From a virus, in IMG/VR virus record IMGVR_UViG_3300022592_000003, positions 1 to 64,000 of that record: a stretch of 64,000 nucleotides of DNA; one strand, given 5' to 3'. Both the position numbers and the translations under genes were made by a program. A model generated the notes under the pieces. That model had not been told where the DNA came from. It ran no database searches and was given only the letters and a program-made list of their open reading frames with translations. Below, one piece after another: positions 39,536 to 48,403 of the stretch; the first letter of the stretch is position 1, and every line of letters begins with the position of its first letter.

Positions 39536-41736
39536 TAGTTACCGAATCTCCTTCTTACGGCGGCAATGACGGTTGTCAATACCAATATTTTTTTAGCTTT
39601 TTTACGTGTAATAGGTGACATATCGTTACCGATGTTAGCCATGGCTACGAATGCGTGATTGAGAGCTTGTACACCTGGTACTGCCGCTAAAGCTCCGGTT
39701 ACAGGAGTTTCGATTACGGGGACGGCAACGTCAGGTGCATTGAATGTTGTGCCGCCTGGTTGTCCGATAAATGTATCGCTCAAGGTTATCGCATCTGGAG
39801 GGATAGGGAGGCCTGAACCAGGTGGAGGTGGTGGAGGGGTTAGCTTTCCATCTTCTCCAACTACTTGTGGTTGTGTTTTAGTACCAAAGAATTCAATACC
39901 ACCGTTTTCAACGCCAGCTTTATCTTCTTGAACGTGTGGCACTAAATTTGACTCATCAGGTAGTTTGGGTATAGAATCAGGTAAGGAATCAGGATTATTA
40001 GGAATTAGGCCGGGGGTAGCAGATGAGTCTGTGGTGGGATCTGTGGAAGGTGCGGGAGCTGGCTGAGGATCTGCAGCAACGGGTGGGTTATCTGCGGCAG
40101 GCTGCGGTGCAGGAGCTGGGTCAGGTGCCGGATTGGGTGTTCCCTCTGGAGCGGGAGCTGGAGCGGGCTCTGGAGCAGGTGCCGGAGCATCGGTTCCAGC
40201 TGGATCCGCAGTCGCTGGAGCGTCTGCAGCCGCACTTGGATCAGCTGCAGCAGGATCCGGTGCATCAGCAGGTGCTGGCACGTCTGGCTGTGTCTGAGGC
40301 GCAGGATCGGGTGCAGCAACTGGAGCAGGAGCTGGTGCAGGCAAAGGATCTGGTTGTTGAGCGGAAACAGGTTGCGAATCAGATGGAAGAGGAGAAGTAG
40401 ATGGTTGAACAGGTTCTGAAGGGGATTGCGCTGTTTGCGTGTCTTCTTGAGATGGCGATGGTTGTTGTGGTTCTACTGCTGGGTCTGGTGAAGGCGCTGG
40501 TGTAGGCGATGGATCCGATGAATTGGTTGGTGTTTGGTCCTGTGCTGTTGTTGTCGTTCCTGTTTCTGGTGTGGTCACTGAAAAAGTATCCTGAGGAGCA
40601 GAAACCGAAGACGTCTCTTGAACCGTGGATGTTGGAGTCTCGGATGGCAATGGAGCGGGACTTGGCACGACTACGGGAGCAGGCTCAGGAAGAAAAATAG
40701 TCACTGGGTTTGAGTACGATGAGTACATCTGTGCCGTATCTTGGTCTGACCTAATAGTGAATGTATAAGACTTATTCCATCCAGCGGTAGAGGCCACTAC
40801 GGAAGCGTCTATTGTTAGGCTGGTGGTTGTAGATGCCACGCCCCAACCTCCAACACCGTCAGTCCACATAACGGCATATCGCTCAGGCAACAAGCCTTCT
40901 GAAGGCGCATCCCACGAAAGAGTTACTGTTGCCCCATCAACTGTACCTAATAAATTAGCAGGTGGGTTTATGACCTTAGATGGGATTGCTGCTAGTGCAT
41001 CTTTAACAGATTGCAAAGCTGCAGCTGCTTGGTCTATAGCTGGCAATAAAGCTGGGTCTTTAGTGTAAGTTGTTGTAGATCCCTGACCAAACCATGAGGC
41101 CGGCATTACCTGCGAGTTGCCTGAAGGTGGGACTACATATAGGGTGGAGCATGCGCCACCACCATTTTCATAGTACCAGGCATCCATATTGTATGCGGTA
41201 CCGGCTGTAAGCTGAATAGGTTGGCTCCAAGAGCCGCCGCAACCCTTATCTCTCCAGTCATTGTTAATTAGCTGACCGTTTAAGGTCATATACCAACCAT
41301 CATCAGCAATGTTCATAAACTTGTATGCGCCAGTATCTGGGACGGTAATAGTTCCATAATAGTGGATAACTACATGGTCGTTATTACATCCCGCAACTGA
41401 TCCAGCACCCCAGTTAACGGCTATCTGTGTAAAGACGGTTGAACGACAAAATGTGTTTGCATTTGGTGTCCTAGTAGCAGAGCTGTTGTAGACGTCTACT
41501 TTAATTCCGGATCCGGTAGGGGTAACGACAGGTATGCTACTGTTGTCATAGGCTGCCTGTGCAGCGTCTAATGCGGTTTGGGTAGCGGTAACGGCACTAT
41601 TAGCATTATCTACTAAAGTGTTGTACTCAGTTAAAGAGTAGGTTCCTGCTGCAGAGGCTGGTGATTCAAATAGTGTGGTATAAAAAGCTGCGAATAGTAG
41701 TACAAATATTGCTGCAAATAAGCGCAATTGTTTTAT
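39535..41736 (-). CDS. secreted/surface protein: PA14 + FN3 + Pro/Ala-rich stalk + C-terminal anchor
   Basis: Signal peptide ending ASA; ADDG...YYENGGGA (PA14); VTLSWDAP...YTFTIRS (FN3); C-terminal hydrophobic stretch then RRR; start 41727 (TTG) or 41736 (ATA). Confidence 0.85.
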   Translation of the reverse strand: MKQLRLFAAIFVLLFAAFYTTLFESPASAAGTYSLTEYNTLVDNANSAVTATQTALDAAQAAYDNSSIPVVTPTGSGIKVDVYNSSATRTPNANTFCRSTVFTQIAVNWGAGSVAGCNNDHVVIHYYGTITVPDTGAYKFMNIADDGWYMTLNGQLINNDWRDKGCGGSWSQPIQLTAGTAYNMDAWYYENGGGACSTLYVVPPSGNSQVMPASWFGQGSTTTYTKDPALLPAIDQAAAALQSVKDALAAIPSKVINPPANLLGTVDGATVTLSWDAPSEGLLPERYAVMWTDGVGGWGVASTTTSLTIDASVVASTAGWNKSYTFTIRSDQDTAQMYSSYSNPVTIFLPEPAPVVVPSPAPLPSETPTSTVQETSSVSAPQDTFSVTTPETGTTTTAQDQTPTNSSDPSPTPAPSPDPAVEPQQPSPSQEDTQTAQSPSEPVQPSTSPLPSDSQPVSAQQPDPLPAPAPAPVAAPDPAPQTQPDVPAPADAPDPAAADPSAAADAPATADPAGTDAPAPAPEPAPAPAPEGTPNPAPDPAPAPQPAADNPPVAADPQPAPAPSTDPTTDSSATPGLIPNNPDSLPDSIPKLPDESNLVPHVQEDKAGVENGGIEFFGTKTQPQVVGEDGKLTPPPPPPGSGLPIPPDAITLSDTFIGQPGGTTFNAPDVAVPVIETPVTGALAAVPGVQALNHAFVAMANIGNDMSPITRKKAKKILVLTTVIAAVRRRFGN

Positions 41737-41834
41737 AACTATCTCCTTCTATGGTCATAGATAGTTTAACATTACAAGGTGTATTTTTGTCGGCATACTA
41801 CGTTCATTGTAACTACGAACCGTGTGGAGCTTTT

Positions 41835-42152
41835 ATGAGCGTAGGTAATGCTGCAAACTGGACTCAGATTATTTGGGGGATTGCAACTCTATTTATTTTT
41901 ATAGTTACAACAGTGTGGGCATTTAGTAAGGTGTACTTCAAGCTCATGGGTGAGCTTAAAGAAATTAAGAATTACACATATAAGCGTAATAGCGGTGGGT
42001 CATTGATGGATAGCCTTCATCGAATTGAGGCTCGGAATGAGCGCCTAGATACGGCTATGGAAGAGAACACCCGTCTTACCCTAGAGACAGTCAAGTCCTT
42101 GTCTAAGCTAGAGGGACGCTTTAACAACCACCTCGAAGAGGGCAAGAATTAG
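41835..42152 (+). CDS. membrane protein with coiled C-terminus (lysis-accessory-like)
   Basis: One TM, then N.GGSL.D motif; GGAG RBS before ATG 41835. Confidence 0.7.
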   Translation: MSVGNAANWTQIIWGIATLFIFIVTTVWAFSKVYFKLMGELKEIKNYTYKRNSGGSLMDSLHRIEARNERLDTAMEENTRLTLETVKSLSKLEGRFNNHLEEGKN

Positions 42153-42178
42153 ACAACTTCTGAGTTATCCTATAGAAT
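42150..42178 (+). promoter_or_regulatory. sigma70-type promoter
   Basis: TAGACA-17 nt-TAGAAT. Confidence 0.6.
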
Positions 42179-42221
42179 AGATATAGGCCCCCAAACGGGT
42201 TGGTATCTAACAAGGAGAATC

Positions 42222-42491
42222 ATGAAGTTCAATCAAGCAATTATCACATCGTATGCCCGTAACTTGCTCGGTCAGGTTATCGCAGCTGCGACAATTGTTT
42301 CAAGCACCAGCGGAATCTCAAACCCACTCAACTTCCATGCCCATCAATGGGGTTTGGTAGCTAACTCACTTTGGGCCTCTTTAGTCCCTGTAATCTTGCG
42401 TTTCGTCAATAAAAACGATCCAGCCTTTGGCGTGATCGCTAAGGACGTTACCGACCAGGCTACAGCCAAGATCAACGCAGCAACTAAGTAG
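42222..42491 (+). CDS. putative holin
   Basis: SYAR...PVILRFVNKNDPAFG pattern; 2 TM; AAGGAG RBS. Confidence 0.65.
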   Translation: MKFNQAIITSYARNLLGQVIAAATIVSSTSGISNPLNFHAHQWGLVANSLWASLVPVILRFVNKNDPAFGVIAKDVTDQATAKINAATK

Positions 42492-42503
42492 CTGCTAGCA
42501 ATC

Positions 42504-42530
42504 AGCCGGAGGTACACCCTCCGGCTTTTT
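42504..42530 (+). terminator. intrinsic terminator
   Basis: AGCCGGAGG-tacac-CCTCCGGCT-TTTT. Confidence 0.85.
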
Positions 42531-42553
42531 GCATTTAGGAGTACCATAGACCC

Positions 42554-42961
42554 ATGAAGGATACTCAAATGAAGACCTGTAAATCATGCATGGTTACGCT
42601 GCCAGAGACTAAGTTTAAACTTAGGTCCTCAACAGGGCGACAATCTGGACAAAGACATTCTATGTGTAACAGGTGCCTATACGTTCGGTACACCCGGCCA
42701 GAGGCAGAACGAAAAGTAAAAGAAGTGCATGAATACCAGTTGGAAAAAGGATGTGTTGATTGCGGATATAACAAGCATCCAGCGGCACTAGAGTTTGATC
42801 ATCTTTCAGGAACTAAAAAACTATTCAATATAGGTGAAAAAATGGGGTCTTACAGCCGTACAATACTATGGGAAGAAATAGCAAAGTGTGAAGTAGTGTG
42901 TGCTAATTGTCACGCTATTCGTACAGCTACTCGTAGAACAAAGGTGGAGATAAATGCCTAA
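42554..42961 (+). CDS. HNH endonuclease (paralogue of 32469..32969)
   Basis: CVDCG...LEFDH...CEVVCANCH. Confidence 0.85.
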   Translation: MKDTQMKTCKSCMVTLPETKFKLRSSTGRQSGQRHSMCNRCLYVRYTRPEAERKVKEVHEYQLEKGCVDCGYNKHPAALEFDHLSGTKKLFNIGEKMGSYSRTILWEEIAKCEVVCANCHAIRTATRRTKVEINA

Positions 42962-43500
42962 CTCGCATAACAACTGGCAGTATTTAGGTGCCAGCGGGTA
43001 TGTAGGTGCATACACTACCACCGGTGGTGGTGGAACCCCAGCAGTACCACGAAGTGGAATGGATTTCCTTCGCATGGGTGTGGGACGTGCACCTCAAGCG
43101 GAGTATCCCTGACGGCTACTTAGGAACAATTCGTTCACGTCGTGACGATAAGGGCAAGCCCTACGCTATCTCAGACACAGTTCTTGATTCGCTAAAGAAT
43201 CGCCAGAACCAACGTGCCTACCAGCGTGGTGTTCACAAAGGTGAGCGTATTGATCCAGCTTCGTACATGTGGCCAGAGAATTTAGAACCAGATCGTCGCT
43301 TGAAGCCAAGTCTCTACAAAGAAGTAGAAGTAGACGGCTCTCTTGTTATGATGGGAAAAAGAAATACCCCTAAGATGGCATTGGCACCAGCACCACACCT
43401 CGTTAACGACGGTAAAGCTGATGTCTCTGCTAATGTACCGGCAGAGTTTAATCCACGTACCGGAGCACTCTTTGCCCATTTGAAACCAAGGTGGCAGTAA
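42954..43500 (+). CDS. hypothetical protein interrupted by a +1 frame change at 43107-43112
   Basis: ATG 42954 (GGAG RBS) gives 52 aa ending ...QAEYP* at CCC TGA; the +1 frame continues PDGYLGTIRSRRDD... to 43500. Confidence 0.65.
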
Positions 43501-43721
43501 TGGCAAAATTTTATGACCAAGAGAATGATGAAGGCGGAAGCTACGAACCACAGCACACAGCTGCTGAAAAGGGCGGTCACGCTTTAAATCTTAATCACGG
43601 TCCTACATGCGATCGCTGCAACGATTCGGTTATTAACGATATTAAGGGTAAGTTAGGCCGTATTACTAACTTTAAGCTAGGTCATCTTGAAAGCAAGATG
43701 GATAAAGGAAAGTGGCGCTAA
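43500..43721 (+). CDS. hypothetical protein
   Basis: TAATG-coupled. Confidence 0.65.
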   Translation: MAKFYDQENDEGGSYEPQHTAAEKGGHALNLNHGPTCDRCNDSVINDIKGKLGRITNFKLGHLESKMDKGKWR

Positions 43722-44419
43722 TGTCTCCAGTAGGTCCAGCATCACACAGAGGTTCATGGTCTGAAGTATCAGGTCGTTCACAGGGACGCAGTAATCCTGC
43801 GGTACCTGAGGCTATTGAAACACCTGCAAGCCGAGCTACCCCACGCCCTTTAGATAAAGAAGGCGTCCCATTCCTTACTACCGGGGATGTCGCAAGTGAC
43901 TTGGGAATCACTCATGGCGCTAATGCTAAGCATGCCGCCTATGGCGAAGTCCCTCACTATATTGATACAAAGAGCGGTGATCTAAAAGATACTAGCAACA
44001 ACCGTGTTTGGTTCTCTATGAAGGATATCGTAAATCATTTTGCTATTAAGTCTGGTGCCCATTTACCACCAGAGAAAAAGAGCCCATCTCAACTTGCCCA
44101 CACCTCACGCTACAACCATTGGAAGACGCAGTATGAGGGAGCTCTAAACCATGTGTCTGAAATGAAGAAGTCCGGCATGAATCCAGGCGATCTTTTTAAT
44201 CAGCCACACCCAAACAACAAAGATATTCATCGTAGACTTGTCTATGGAACACGTACTCAAAGTGAAGATGATCCAGGCATGGGTGATCTTTATGGTCGTG
44301 TTACTGGCTTAGGATCAAAGATCTCTAATCCAGTACAGTTCGGTCACATGAAGCCAGTATCAGGTGACTCTTCAGAAAAGATTGATTACTCGGATCCCAA
44401 TAGACCACGGAGACGCTAA
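43721..44419 (+). CDS. hypothetical protein with a possible excisionase-like HTH
   Basis: FLTTGDVASDLGIT...VWFSMKDI. Confidence 0.55.
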   Translation: MSPVGPASHRGSWSEVSGRSQGRSNPAVPEAIETPASRATPRPLDKEGVPFLTTGDVASDLGITHGANAKHAAYGEVPHYIDTKSGDLKDTSNNRVWFSMKDIVNHFAIKSGAHLPPEKKSPSQLAHTSRYNHWKTQYEGALNHVSEMKKSGMNPGDLFNQPHPNNKDIHRRLVYGTRTQSEDDPGMGDLYGRVTGLGSKISNPVQFGHMKPVSGDSSEKIDYSDPNRPRRR

Positions 44420-44778
44420 TGATGAACCAAGATGGTGTCTATGACCATAGTAAGGGTCGTGGTGTTGTAGGAGAAGATCCAGAGCCATCACTACTCCGCT
44501 ATGATTACATGGGCCCTTTTGAGAATGTTCAAGAGGCTTTCATGGCACGTGCTCTTAAAGCTGTAACTATGCCGGCCCAATTAATTCCGGATATCGTTAG
44601 GCCACCACTTCCACAGATCCAGATGTTCCCACCACGTTTTGGTTACCGTACTCGTGAGATTGGTATCATGGACGTTATGGACGTGAATAATGAATTCCAG
44701 CCAACTCGTGTAGACTTTACTCGTGAGCCTGGCGGCATGCAGGGCACAGCCCGTAACGTTTCTGAAAGCGTATGGTAA
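44419..44778 (+). CDS. hypothetical protein
   Basis: TAATG-coupled. Confidence 0.65.
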   Translation: MMNQDGVYDHSKGRGVVGEDPEPSLLRYDYMGPFENVQEAFMARALKAVTMPAQLIPDIVRPPLPQIQMFPPRFGYRTREIGIMDVMDVNNEFQPTRVDFTREPGGMQGTARNVSESVW

Positions 44779-44939
44779 TGGAAGATATTAACATTGAGAC
44801 TGTCTATGAAGGTAGTGTCATGTGCCCCAAGTGTGGGCATCTAATGACTCCGCTGGAGAAGATGTATGCCGGTGGCAATGTCTGCCCAGACTGCAGAAAT
44901 GCACGCTATGAAAAGCACGCTAAAGGATTTATGTCATGA
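44778..44939 (+). CDS. 53-aa zinc-ribbon protein (not in ORF track)
   Basis: CPKC...CPDC; coupled at both ends. Confidence 0.7.
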   Translation: MEDINIETVYEGSVMCPKCGHLMTPLEKMYAGGNVCPDCRNARYEKHAKGFMS

Positions 44940-45133
44940 AAGGCCGTCAGTTCACTTCAGTAGATAGCTGGGATAGGGCCTCCACAGGAGGTTGGACTGG
45001 GGGAGTATCCTCTAGCCTAAACCCTGGAAGTGAATCGGCATCTACAAAAAGGCGTCAAAAGACTAGCCATGCTAGAGGTAAAAAAGTAAGCCGTCCAAGG
45101 GTTCGGAAGCACCATAACCCTGACAAAAAGTAG
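44936..45133 (+). CDS. basic small protein
   Basis: Arg/Lys-rich C-terminus. Confidence 0.6.
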   Translation: MKGRQFTSVDSWDRASTGGWTGGVSSSLNPGSESASTKRRQKTSHARGKKVSRPRVRKHHNPDKK

Positions 45134-45154
45134 AATTAGGGAGATAATCCAACT

Positions 45155-45316
45155 ATGGCTAAAAAGATTCTTACACCAGAGGGTTCACCAATGGACTATA
45201 AGGTACAGAAGCTAAAGGCTAAGACTTCAGAAGATAAGATCCGAGAAGAACTTAAAGCCAAAGCCGCAACAACAGACAAGAAGTCGCCAGCTAAAAAGAA
45301 AGCAGGAAAGAAATAA
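45155..45316 (+). CDS. 53-aa Lys-rich protein (not in ORF track)
   Basis: GGAG RBS; ends KKSPAKKKAGKK*. Confidence 0.7.
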   Translation: MAKKILTPEGSPMDYKVQKLKAKTSEDKIREELKAKAATTDKKSPAKKKAGKK

Positions 45317-45522
45317 TGGGTATTCGTAGCTTTATACGAGATCGTAAACCTGTAAACGCTTTTCGTGGATCAGAAAACGGAAACGCAGGAAGAGAATCTG
45401 CCTCAAGCTATGTTAATAGAACAAGCAATGATTCTACTTCTGATTGGTCCGGCAGTGTTTGGGATGAGGGCGGTTCTTGGCACCCTAAAAAAAGCGGCTT
45501 ACTAGGAAACGCAGAGGACTAA
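45316..45522 (+). CDS. small protein, N-terminal-motif family copy 1
   Basis: FIRDRKPVNAFRGSENGNAGRESA. Confidence 0.7.
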   Translation: MGIRSFIRDRKPVNAFRGSENGNAGRESASSYVNRTSNDSTSDWSGSVWDEGGSWHPKKSGLLGNAED

Positions 45523-45524
45523 AC

Positions 45525-45935
45525 ATGGGACTTCGTAATTTTGTACGCAACCGTAAGCAGGTAACTGCATCTCGTGCTACCGAAGATGGTGGCGCCGGTC
45601 GTGAGGCAGCACAACGTCATGCTGGTATGGTTCCACCACCACCTGGCATGGATAAGGTTTCTCAATGGCAGCAGTCTCAACGTATGCAGGGTTTGCTTGC
45701 TCAAAAAGATCGTCCTGTACACAATGACACTCGTCCTGATTGGGAACGTCAAGGCTTTAAGTCTGAAAACCATATGAATGAGAATAAAGAATTTACTGCT
45801 AAGGTTCAGGCAGATTACGCAGCTAGAGAACACGCTAAGTCATGGCCTGCAAGGGAAAAAGAACTTCGTGAATCTAGCCCATCACCACAGGGTGGTCTTG
45901 TAAACCGTGCAATTCGGGAAGCAAAGGGCTACTAA
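45525..45935 (+). CDS. small protein, N-terminal-motif family copy 2
   Basis: FVRNRKQVTASRATEDGGAGREAA. Confidence 0.75.
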   Translation: MGLRNFVRNRKQVTASRATEDGGAGREAAQRHAGMVPPPPGMDKVSQWQQSQRMQGLLAQKDRPVHNDTRPDWERQGFKSENHMNENKEFTAKVQADYAAREHAKSWPAREKELRESSPSPQGGLVNRAIREAKGY

Positions 45936-45937
45936 GT

Positions 45938-46081
45938 ATGAAGATGGTAGATAGCTACGTTCGTAAGCGTAAGCAAGTAAAGGCTGACCGAGCCACTGAA
46001 CAAGGTGTTGCTGGACATAAGGCTGCAATGGAAGCATTGCGACCTAACAAAATCGAAAAGGATGAAAACAATGGCCGTTAA
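45938..46081 (+). CDS. 47-aa protein, N-terminal-motif family copy 3 (not in ORF track)
   Basis: YVRKRKQVKADRATEQGVAGHKAA. Confidence 0.7.
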   Translation: MKMVDSYVRKRKQVKADRATEQGVAGHKAAMEALRPNKIEKDENNGR

Positions 46082-46352
46082 TGAGACACGTTCACTTAAT
46101 GGTGGACTAACAGAAGGCGTAACAGACGGTAAGTACCGTAAGGTTCGCCCAAACACTGAAGTTGCCGCAGGCACAGGTGACGATCTCACCCTCGCTAATC
46201 GCCGTGGACTTCACCCATACTGGAACTATGACTTTATTGACCAGGCTGCACCCTCAATGGTAGAGCCAGGATCACTATCTGCTGCTTCAAAGCCACGCTC
46301 TCCAATGCCAGTAGCGCATATCTACAACGATCAAATGGGCGCTAACTACTAA
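46071..46352 (+). CDS. hypothetical protein
   Basis: AAAGGA RBS before ATG 46071. Confidence 0.7.
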   Translation: MAVNETRSLNGGLTEGVTDGKYRKVRPNTEVAAGTGDDLTLANRRGLHPYWNYDFIDQAAPSMVEPGSLSAASKPRSPMPVAHIYNDQMGANY

Positions 46353-46353
46353 T

Positions 46354-46689
46354 ATGGACAAAGAGGGATACGACAAGAGTCCTAATCATCCGGTTCGGTC
46401 TAAAGAGGCCGCACCGGATAATGTCGTATCTATGCCAAACATGCGTATGCGAAAGATGCGTGTTGGCTACCATAAGTTTATGGACAAGCATATAGGGGTA
46501 GAGCAGGTTATCCAACCTCCTGAGAATCTAGAGCCTAAAGAGCCTGAGACACGTTCAGAACACTTCGGCGTAGGGCAACAAGAAGGTACGCTTCATTCTC
46601 TCCATGAGCAGCGTATAAAACGTAATATGCGTGCCGGAGATGAATCGGTAGGTCGCATGATTAATATGGACGACCCAACAAAGGATTAA
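46354..46689 (+). CDS. hypothetical protein
   Basis: Tightly packed ORF. Confidence 0.65.
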   Translation: MDKEGYDKSPNHPVRSKEAAPDNVVSMPNMRMRKMRVGYHKFMDKHIGVEQVIQPPENLEPKEPETRSEHFGVGQQEGTLHSLHEQRIKRNMRAGDESVGRMINMDDPTKD

Positions 46690-46690
46690 G

Positions 46691-47434
46691 ATGGCTAGCG
46701 TAGAAGATATCAATTATGGGAGTAGTTCTCCCGCAGGAAAGCAACAGGTACGTGAAACTACTGACGTTGTTGCCGGTGAAGTACGCCTGCCTGAGTCTGG
46801 CTTTGAACGCCAACGTACACATAAAGTAACTAATTTTGATAAACCAGCTAAGTGCAGCAAGAGCGGTTGTCGTTTAGACGCCTCAAGGCGTGCAGAGATG
46901 ACTGGCGCTGGAACTAAGAACTTCTGCTCACAGCACTGGGCTAAGATTGCACCCAATACCGATAGTTATGATCCAGCATCCGTAATGCTCGTTCGCCCAG
47001 AATATGGCGAAGAGATTCGTGGAGAAGACAGGGTTCAACGACAGGTTAGCCGTGCTGAAGCAACTGCTGAAATCTTTAAGCATACCGGCATTCATCTACC
47101 TGTTCGTGGTCCAGGTAATCCACGTCAAGCTGTAGACCCTAATTCTCCAGCACCAGATCATGTAACTCCCGTCATAGATAATGCCGTAGTTCGTGGTGGT
47201 CGTAACCTACCTGCTCTTAGCGAGGTTGATGCAAAGGCTCTTATGCATAAGCGTAAGGTTGGCGGAGCAACTAAGAGTCAGGATGAAAAACTTGCTGACA
47301 TCAAAGAAGAACTTCGCACTAACCCAAGTACAGCAACACCCAATGATTTTGATGAATATGAAGACTTAATGAGTAGTTCTACCCCATCTAGGCGTGAATC
47401 AGGTCTTCGTAGCGGAGAACATCCACAGGATTAG
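46691..47434 (+). CDS. hypothetical protein (C..C...C..H zinc-like motif)
   Basis: CSKSGC...FCSQH. Confidence 0.65.
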   Translation: MASVEDINYGSSSPAGKQQVRETTDVVAGEVRLPESGFERQRTHKVTNFDKPAKCSKSGCRLDASRRAEMTGAGTKNFCSQHWAKIAPNTDSYDPASVMLVRPEYGEEIRGEDRVQRQVSRAEATAEIFKHTGIHLPVRGPGNPRQAVDPNSPAPDHVTPVIDNAVVRGGRNLPALSEVDAKALMHKRKVGGATKSQDEKLADIKEELRTNPSTATPNDFDEYEDLMSSSTPSRRESGLRSGEHPQD

Positions 47435-47460
47435 CGTTCTCCAGGTTTATCCTATATAAT
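47432..47460 (+). promoter_or_regulatory. promoter
   Basis: TAGCGT-17 nt-TATAAT with the shared TTATCCTA upstream of the -10 box. Confidence 0.55.
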
Positions 47461-47490
47461 AAATATAGAAGACTTACTAAGGAGAGCAAG

Positions 47491-48072
47491 ATGGCTATTC
47501 CAATTTTAGGCCAAGGCGGCGGCGCTGCCGATGAAGGCACATATACAGAGATCAAGGACGATGGTCCTAAGATTCGTCTGCTCTATTGCTATAACTGCCG
47601 CACAATCGAGGAACTCCCTGACTTTGAGGGTAACCCCGATGATGACGTCTTGCTGCAGGTACTCGTTGATAAGCATGAGTCTGCCGGCATTCCACACACT
47701 GGCTTCTTATCTAAGATCGGTGTAAAACTATACTCACGTCCTGAGGTACGCAAGCAAGTAATCGAAAACCTACGCAACAAGGTAGGTGGCGGCCTTGCTG
47801 ATATTGACCCAGACTATTACACAACCAAGGCCACATTCGGTGATGATGCTATGAAGTGCTTTAACCTTCATATGCGTCCTTCACAGGGTTGTATGGATTG
47901 GAAGCGTGAAAACAAGCGTCTTATTCCTAAGGGTACAGACGATATCCGTAAAGAATTAGGTCTGGAGAGTGCAGCAAAGTCTGCTAGTACAAAGGTTTAC
48001 CTTTGCGACTTCTGCCCTGCTAAGACCTATGTAGTTGAACAAAACCGTAAAAAAATGGGACTATACGAATAG
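47491..48072 (+). CDS. zinc-binding hypothetical protein
   Basis: CYNC, C...H...C, CDFC; AAGGAG RBS. Confidence 0.75.
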   Translation: MAIPILGQGGGAADEGTYTEIKDDGPKIRLLYCYNCRTIEELPDFEGNPDDDVLLQVLVDKHESAGIPHTGFLSKIGVKLYSRPEVRKQVIENLRNKVGGGLADIDPDYYTTKATFGDDAMKCFNLHMRPSQGCMDWKRENKRLIPKGTDDIRKELGLESAAKSASTKVYLCDFCPAKTYVVEQNRKKMGLYE

Positions 48073-48079
48073 AGGAAAT

Positions 48080-48352
48080 ATGTCAGAAGATACAACAACA
48101 CCTACAACACCTGAAACCCCTGAAATCGCATTTGGCTTCGCAGTCTTGGTAGATGCTGAGGGAAACGTATTCGTAGAGCGTAACAAGGAAGCTTTTGCTC
48201 TCCCTGTAGACCGTGATGCGACTCTCCTAGAAGTTCGCCGTTACGCATCTGAAGTCCTCATGGATTTGCAGGCTCAGTCAGCCGCTGAATATGTGGCTCT
48301 TCGTTTAGCTGTAGATAAGGCTAAGGCAGCAGAGGCAGCCCCGACAGCATAA
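48080..48352 (+). CDS. hypothetical protein
   Basis: GAGGA RBS before ATG 48080. Confidence 0.7.
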   Translation: MSEDTTTPTTPETPEIAFGFAVLVDAEGNVFVERNKEAFALPVDRDATLLEVRRYASEVLMDLQAQSAAEYVALRLAVDKAKAAEAAPTA

Positions 48353-48403
48353 CTCTTTCGCTCATGCCGAGACGTAACGACTAAGACGAGAGAGAATAGG
48401 CGC

